Assembly: GCF_018977255.1 (NCBI RefSeq)
Contig: NW_024705442.1
Span: forward strand, 1 to 43,989
Direction: 5' to 3'
Source: Callorhinchus milii
Lineage: Eukaryota
Length of the DNA stretch: 43,989 nucleotides
Shown in pieces: positions 36,886 through 43,989 of this stretch; the first letter of the stretch is position 1; the number at the start of each line of letters is the position of its first letter. Position numbers and translations under genes: made by a program. A model generated the notes under the pieces. That model saw only the letters and a list, made by a program, of their open reading frames with translations. It did no database searches and had not been told where the DNA came from.

Positions 36886-37255
36886 GCCAGTCGAGCCCGC
36901 AGTAGATTGCGGGGATACAGCACTGGGGACTGGAATAGAGGAGCGAGTGACAGAGATCCGGAGATAAAGAACAGAAGGAAATCCATCGTTTTACTATTTG
37001 CTGTTTCCGCCAGTTTTACATTATTATGGATGACACAAGTATCGGTTATCTTATATTGGACGATTTTGAAAAAAGATCACCACATAGACTCCAATGATCT
37101 TTTGCACGTTTTGTATGAAACTGGCGCCATGCTGCAGCTGTTGAATTCCTGTACAAACATGTGTATATAATGCAGTTACTCAGACTAAATTCAGAGAGCA
37201 GCTGAAAATCGCGTTTACATTTCCATTTCTAATAATCGTTAGATTATTTCGTTAA
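36886..37255 (+). pseudogene. Third GPR139-like paralog, ICL3 to C-terminus only, with +1 frameshift
   Basis: ASRARSRLRG...DPEIKNRRKSIVLLFAVSASFTLLWMT...LLNSCTNMCI. After a 1-nt insertion it reads YAVTQTKFREQLKIAFTFPFLIIVRLFR*. AATAAA at 37291. Confidence 0.88.
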
Positions 37256-37384
37256 CAACGTGTTCATCGATGCCGATGACCTGCTGCCTGAATAAAAGAA
37301 ATCAGTAAATCCCTAAAATGTCTGTCCACACTCACAAGTCATTTTTAAAGACAATGTAAAACTCATTCCAGGCTATCGTACGCA

Positions 37385-37925
37385 TTTCCAGGTCTCGGAT
37401 AAAGACAGAATAAATCTCACTCTACACTCTCGGTCCGCTCTTCCATGTCGGGATTACAATCAGAATATATCTACCTCTGCACTGTGCATCCAAATTCCCA
37501 AGTCAGCTTAAGAGAGAGAATTTGGCTCACTATATACTCCGTTTCCCCAATCCCAGGTCACTGATGCAGACACAATAAAGCTTCATCTACATTGTGCGCC
37601 CGCACTCACATTTCAGGGTTAAAAGCAAAACAAAGGTCCCTCTACTGTCCATCGACACTCACAGTTCAAGAATAGAGACAGAACAAATCTACATTTACAA
37701 TATGCATCCACTCAGTTCATTTCCTGAAACACATTAAAGCTCCCTTTACACTGTTCGTCCTTACTGCAATTTCTGAGTTACAGGCATGGAACAGCTCGAT
37801 CTATACTGCGCTTCCACACTCTCAGGTCACGTTTGGAGAATACAGTAAAGATCCACCTACAATGTGAGTCCACATTCCAAAATCATGGTTCGAGATAATG
37901 TAAAGCTCCCAACGGACTGTCCGTC
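37385..37925 (+). repeat. Highly degenerate ~55-60-bp tandem repeat
   Basis: Recurring (A)TAAAGCTCCCTCTACACTGT-like core at ~37410, 37465, 37575, 37632, 37735, 37845 and 37900. Confidence 0.7.
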
Positions 37926-39009
37926 GTCGCTTCAGTATCATGATTAGAGCCACAGTACTGCTTAAACTACTAGCCTTTGTGTAGCTTGTACCTTTTAGAA
38001 GCAAATGGGGTTTCAGAAAAAAAGTTAACGAGGTCAAGACAGCAAGTGCAATAGGACATTGGTTATGGGACAATTGTTGTTGTTATAGTTATTGGATTGG
38101 ACTGTGTTTAGTTGATAATAAAGAAACTCACATATATACCAATGATTTTTTTATTGGAAATTATTACAAGCGAGTGGGTATGTGAGTGTATTGCTCTCTC
38201 TACTTCTGGGTGTGTATGATTGGGATGAATCAGTAAGAAGCTTATTAAACTGCCATATATATGCCCGTGTGTGATTCAGCGTCTATGTCGGAGCATCAGT
38301 GTGTTCTTCTGTGTATATGCAGTTGCGCGAATGAGAGAGACGTGAGTGAGTGAATGAGAGAGCCGAGGATTGCCAGCTCTGTAGGTGTACCTGTGTGATT
38401 TTCAGAGAGAAGGGTAATAGACATACATTGGGAAGCCGGGAGACCTATAACTATCTTTGTTTCTCTCACATTTCCCTTTCTTAAACTCCTTTTTATTAAT
38501 GCATTGATAAAAAGTTCTTGCTGCTCTTGATTTCCCGTGTAATTGCGTTTTTTTATCATAGTCCCTTTGTGCATTTCTTCTTACTTTCTATGTAAGGATT
38601 GTGTAGAGCTTTTATGATAGCTGTGGAATACGACAGAGGAGATCTTAATGTAATTTTTGAAAAATGTGGTAAAGCTGCCAAGGGACACGCAATCAGTTAT
38701 ATTGACGGATTATATAATGCATTTAATCGCAACTATGCACTAGCTGTAAATATATATAATCTAACATCGAATTTGGAAAAAAGTTGATGAGAAGTCATTA
38801 TTTCTTATGCAGCCGTATTGTTAGAATGTACCCTTTTTGTATACGGCTGGAATCATAATAGATGTTGTGAATGGGTTAACTTTTAAGTTAAGTGTGGGGG
38901 ACAACTGGACTGACAGTCTTGGGATAGGACTCATCTGGTTTTCTCTGTTTTTGAAAGAATAACAGACAGGGGCAGGGCGTCACCTCTTATAACTAAATGA
39001 CAACAAGCC

Positions 39010-42000
39010 AAAGAGTTAACTCTCTCCCACCCCTCCTTCCTCTCACTTAAAATCTTCCTCCTCTACCGGCCCCCTAAAACCTCTCCCACCTTTATCTCTG
39101 ATATCTCAACACTTCTCACATCTCTCTGCCTCTGCTCTGATCGCCTCATCATGCTGGGCGACTTTAACCTATACCGTCTTGCTCAATCTCCTCAGATTTC
39201 TCTTTCCTGCTCTCCTTGCCTTTCCTGCTCTTCCTTCCTCTCCCTTCACATCAACTTCCCCACTCACAGTCACGGCCACCCATTCGACTTGGTGATCACC
39301 CGGGGCCTCAATGTCTAGAATGTCACTATCACCGATAAGGCCATCTCCGAGCACCACTTCATCTCCTTCACCAACTCCACCCCCCTCCCCACCTCCACCA
39401 GACCCACCACCATCTTCTACCGCCCGTCGAAGAAGTTACCCCGTCAATCCCTAACCGCTGCCTTGGAGTCCTCTGAAATCCTCTCCCTCTGCCCTTCAAC
39501 ACTCACTGACCCCTATTCTACGCTCCCCCTCCTCAACAACACCCTCTCCTCCACACTTGACACTCTAGCCCCTATCATCCTGGGCGACTTTAAACTGCAC
39601 TTCACGCCCTCCTGCTCAATCTGCTCAGATTTCTCTTCCCTGCTCTCCTCGCTCAACCTCTCTCTCCACATCAACTCCCCGACTCACAGTCACGGCCACC
39701 GACTCGACTTGGTGATCACCCGGGGCCTCAGTGTCTCGGATGTCACCATCACCGACAAGGCCGTCTCCGACCACGACTTCATCTCCTTCATCACTTCCAC
39801 CCCCATCCCCACCTCCACCAGACCCACCACCTTCTTCTACCGCCCCTGGAAGAACTTACACCCTCAATTCCTAACCTCTGCCTTGGAGTCCTCTGAACTC
39901 CTCTCCCGCTGGCCCTCAACCCTTACCGACCCCTCTTCTGCTCTCACCCTCCTCCACAACACCCTCTCCTCCACACTTGACACTCTAGCCCCTATCACCT
40001 CCCGTATTATCTCCTACTCTCGCTCCTCCACCCGGTTCACCACCCACCTCCGCTCACTGAAGAGCCAGGTGCGGGCCGCTGAACGAATCTGGGTCAAATC
40101 TGGCCTAACGGTCCACCGACAAATCTGGCTGGACCTCCTCAAAATCTACCGCTCCACTCTAACCTCGGCCAATTCGTCATTATACTCCAGGATAATACTG
40201 GAGGCGAAGGACAACCCCAGGATACTGTTCTCTACCACATCCCAACTCCTCCGTCCCCCCCGCCACCCCGCACAGGTCATCTCCTCCAACCTTCACTGCG
40301 AGGAGATGCTGGATTTCCTTGAATCCAAAATCAAGAGAATTCGCTCCGCGGTCACTTCCTCTCCAACAACCACCCACCACGAACCCCTTCACTCCCACAC
40401 TCCGACTCCTACCCATCATCCCCTGCACACTTTCGTACCCGTTTCCCCATCCTCTGTCACCAAAGTAATCTTCTCCCTGAAACCTACCACATGCTCCCTT
40501 GACCCCATCCCCACTCCACTCCTTATCTCCAAGATCCACCTCCTTGCCCCAAATATGACAGAAATCGTCAACCTGTCCCTCTCCTCTGGCTCTGTTCCCA
40601 TTCCCTTAAAAACTGCCACCATCACTCCCACCTTAAAAAAAANCCTCCCTTGATGCGTCGCAGCTATCAAGCTACCGGCCCATCTCCAACCTTCCCTTCC
40701 TATCCAAGGTCCTGGAACGAGTTGTCGCCTCCCAGCTGCGCTCTTTCCTCTCCAACCATTCACTATTCGAAACCCTTCAATCGGTTTTCCGTGCTGTCCA
40801 TAGCAGAGAAACTGCCCTGGTCAAGGACACCAGTGACATCCTGACCATCTTTGACCAGGGCTCCCTCTGCCTCCTCGTCCTCCTCGACCTATCGGCAGCA
40901 TTCGATACGGTCGACCACGCGATCCTACTCCACCGCTTGTCCTAACACCTCAACCTTCAAGGCACTGTCCTTGAGTGGTTTAGGTCGTACCTTTTTCACC
41001 GTCTTCACTTTTTCTCGACGAATGGCTTCTCCTCCACCCCCCGTACTGTCTCATGTGGTGTCCCTCAGGGCTCTGTCCTCGGTCCCCTCCTCTTCACCCT
41101 CTATATGCTCCCCCTCGGTGACATCATCCGCAGACATGGAGTTAACTCCACGACCACCGATGTCCTGACAGCTGCCTGTCCGACATCGAGTCCTGGACGA
41201 GAGACAACTTTCTTCAGCTCAACGTGCGAAAAACCGAGGCCCTCCTGATTGGCTCACGTCAGCGCCTCCGCACCTCAGGCGCTGACACCATCAGCATCCA
41301 AGGCTGCACTCTCCACCTCTCAAAGCCAGTCAGGAACCTCGGCGTTTTGTTCGACCCTGAGCTGTCCTTTCTCCCTCACATCCGCACCACAACTGGCACC
41401 GCCTTCCATCACCTTCGGAACATCGCCAGACTACGGCACTACCTCACCCCTCACGCTGCTGAAACCCTGGTCCACGCCTTTGTCACCTCAAGGCTGGACT
41501 ATGGGAACTCTCTCCTCGCCGGCCTTCCCGCCACCTCCCTCCACAAGCTGCAGGTCATTCAGAACTCTGCAGCTCGTGTACTGTCCCGCACCAGGCTTCG
41601 CGACCACATCACTCCCACCCTCGCTCGCCTCCACTGGCTCCCCATCCCCAGAGGATTGATTTCAAGATCCTCATCCTCACCTACAAGGCCATTCACGGCC
41701 TTGCTCCCTCCTACCTCTCCAACCTACTATCCCCCTACCTACCTGCCCGTACCCTCCGTTCCTCTGGCTCTGGTCTGCTCCACGTCCCCGCCCCAACCGC
41801 CCTACCATCGGTGGTCGGGCCTTCAGCCTCTCAGCCCCCAGGCTCTGGAACTCCATCCCCCAGTGCCTTCGCCTTGCTTCCTCCCTTTCCTCCTTCAAGG
41901 CCGGTCTCAAAACCTTTCTCTTTGACCGTGCCTTCAGCTCCCCTCTCGACTCTCTCCCCCCTCCTCGCTCCCTCCCTTCCCTCCCCTCACCCTAACCATT

Positions 42001-42142
42001 TCCCCCTCCTTGCTCCCTCCCTTCCCTCCCCTCACCCTGACCATTTCCCCCATGCTCGGGTCATGACCCAACTGTGCAGCGCCTTGGGACGTCCTCCTGA
42101 CGTGAAAGGCGCTTTATAAATGGAATCTTGTTGTTGTTGTTG
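39010..42142 (+). mobile_element. L2 LINE ORF2 (endonuclease + RT), non-functional, with complete 3' tail
   Basis: EN motifs ILGDF, SPTHSHGHRLDLVIT and SDH. RT tracts TCSLDPIPT, LLDLSAAFDTVDH and [13 protein letters not shown]. The YADD segment is deleted near 41148. Frameshifts present. Ends GGGACGTCCTCCTGACGTGAAAGGCGCTTTATAAATGGAATC(TTG)n. Confidence 0.95.
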
Positions 42143-42990
42143 TACCAACAGTTTCCTGCCTCGCACCCAATTACCGAGCCAAAGTGCGATGTTTCCCCCA
42201 AATCCATTGTCTTTTTTTATTGCGATTGACATCTTGTATGGAACTTAATCCAATGCCATTTGAAAGAGCATTAGACGACATATATTGTCCTCTCTTAAGA
42301 ACCATGTTAATGGGCTTTTTCAGGTAATCAATCAGATTTGTAAGACATGATCTTCCTTTCACAAATCCGCGCTGACGCCCTTTGATCAGTTAATATTTTC
42401 CAAATGCGGAGTCACACTTTTCCTGATGAGAAATTCCAGTGATTTCCATACAAATGAAATGAAGCTGAAAAACCTGTAGTTATTTCGATTCTCCCTCTGT
42501 CACTTCTTAAATAAAGAAGTGACATTGGCAATTCACCCATCCAATCGGACAATTCCCAAATGTAGAGAGGTTTGGAAAATTATGCATAATTCATCTGGAA
42601 TTTGATCCAATATTTATTTTCATGTACGAGGTTGCAATATGTCGGGTCGCTGCGATGTGTTCATCCTTATTTCCATTATATGCACAATTACTATGTTATT
42701 ATTCACAATGAATCCATCTGATGCTTCTGTTTTGCTTATTTTTGGTTTCGCTTGTACCACCGTTATTTTGTCCTCTTCCTCAACTGAGAAAAGAGAAGGA
42801 AACAATGCATTCTTCAAGCCTCCCGCTTCCTTATTGCGCTTTATAGTTCGTCCTCATTTGGCTTTAACTCTCCCACACTTCACTTGAGTACTCGCTTTCT
42901 CTTAGCGTAATTATAAAAACACTACTGTTGCCATTGCTATGCCTTGCAAGATTTTGACCTAAGTCGATTTTTCACATCTTAGTATTTTCT
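42143..42990 (-). mobile_element. Decayed CR1 ORF2 fragment
   Basis: KGRSCLTNLIDY and WLGNWVRGRKL on the minus strand. Abuts the L2 tail. Confidence 0.75.
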
Positions 42991-42999
42991 TTATTAAGT

Positions 43000-43989
43000 T
43001 TGTCAAACAAGTGGGGTCAAGAGATTGTATACAAACGAATAGCTGATAACATTAATGGGAAGCCCAAAGTATTTTATAAACATATTTATAATATAATGTT
43101 ATTAAATTTGGTTGGACCTAATCAGGGACAAACGAAGAAATCTTCTTTTGAGGAAGAGGGCATGGCTGGCATGCTGAATGAGTATTTTATATCTGCCTTA
43201 TTAAAAGAAGATGATGCAGCGAATGCCACATTATCGGAGGCGTGGGTAGGTAAATTGTACAAGATAAGATTAAACCGAGAGGAGGTAATAAAATGTTTGT
43301 CGGTGCTCACGTTAGATCATTCACTCGGTCAGTACGGGATGCATCCTGGATTACAGAGGGAAGTAAGTGTTGAAATAACGGCAAATATGGCCACAAAATT
43401 TCAATCCTCCTTGGACAACAGGGGTTTCCATAGGGATGGAGAGTTGCAGTAATCCGGGGCAACGTAAATTTTGACTTCGTAAAGTTAGGGTTGTTTGATC
43501 CAGCCACAATCTTTCAAGCCTCATTGGATAGTGGGTATCTACCCGTGGACTGGTGTTTCGCAAATGTTACTCCACTGCACAAAAAGAATCAGATAGATAA
43601 TCCCGGGAACAACTGACCATTCAGCCCAAATTCAGTAGCTAGAAAAAATCTAGAGAATGTAATCCAGGTCAAATCATATTATCACTAAGAATAATATGGT
43701 TTAATATAGGAGAGGCCAACACATAATTGTTGAAGGCAAATCGTGTCTCACAAAGCTGCTGGAGAGTTTTGGTGGATGAACGTAATGCATCTCATGTAGT
43801 TCATGTGGATTTTAAACGTGGATACCGACCGGTCTGGGAGAAGGAAAGCAGGGAATGCTGGTGAACGATTATGTTCCTAACCGGAGCGAGTAGTGAAATA
43901 GTGTCCCACAGGGGTCAGCATTGGGATCACTGCTGTTGCTAATCTGCTAAAATGACCTGGACTTGTTCATAGGCTCTACATTTTCCAAG
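43000..43989 (+). mobile_element. Decayed CR1 ORF2 fragment (runs off window)
   Basis: NINGKPKVFYKHI, MAGMLNEYFISA and GMHPGLQREV. Later GCAAATGTTACTCCACT and TAGTGTCCCACAGGGGTCAGCATTGGG tracts. Confidence 0.8.

Larger units (their letters stand above)
29805..36890 (+). repeat. Right arm of inverted segmental duplication (paralogous to 3985-11148)
   Basis: Starts TGTGTTCGTGGACCTAA and ends CTCAGGGTCAGGC. Collinear with the reverse complement of the left arm apart from indels. Confidence 0.9.

Noticed and set aside
40643..40643. Single N bases at 3238, 26237, 29151 and 40643
   Set aside because: All abut homopolymer runs, so they are assembly ambiguities. They also caution against over-reading 1-2 nt frameshifts.
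39463..41925. Active or domesticated L2 reverse transcriptase
   Set aside because: Frameshifts, stop codons and deletion of the catalytic YADD segment.

Overview
Vertebrate genomic DNA, most likely a cartilaginous fish and probably a holocephalan. This is inferred from the tRNA-headed Deu-domain SINEs, the CR1/L2 LINE content and the shark-type GPR139-like receptors. Two diverged ~7-kb arms (~3985-11148 and ~29805-36890) form an inverted segmental duplication. Each arm carries an intact two-exon, 332-aa GPR139/142-like class A GPCR transcribed outwards (about 87% aa identity by manual comparison). A third, 5'-truncated and frameshifted paralog starts exactly where homology of the right arm ends. 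The ~18.6-kb spacer holds a RING-Bbox-coiled coil-PRY/SPRY TRIM gene on the minus strand. Its third exon is rearranged: a 2-nt frameshift, a TGA, and a 42-bp copy of the exon-2 end and donor. The spacer also has a strong CTCF site, several minisatellites and many SINE/LINE fragments. No prokaryotic features, CRISPR arrays or true RNA genes are supported. All alignments and identities were judged by eye, so repeat boundaries are approximate.
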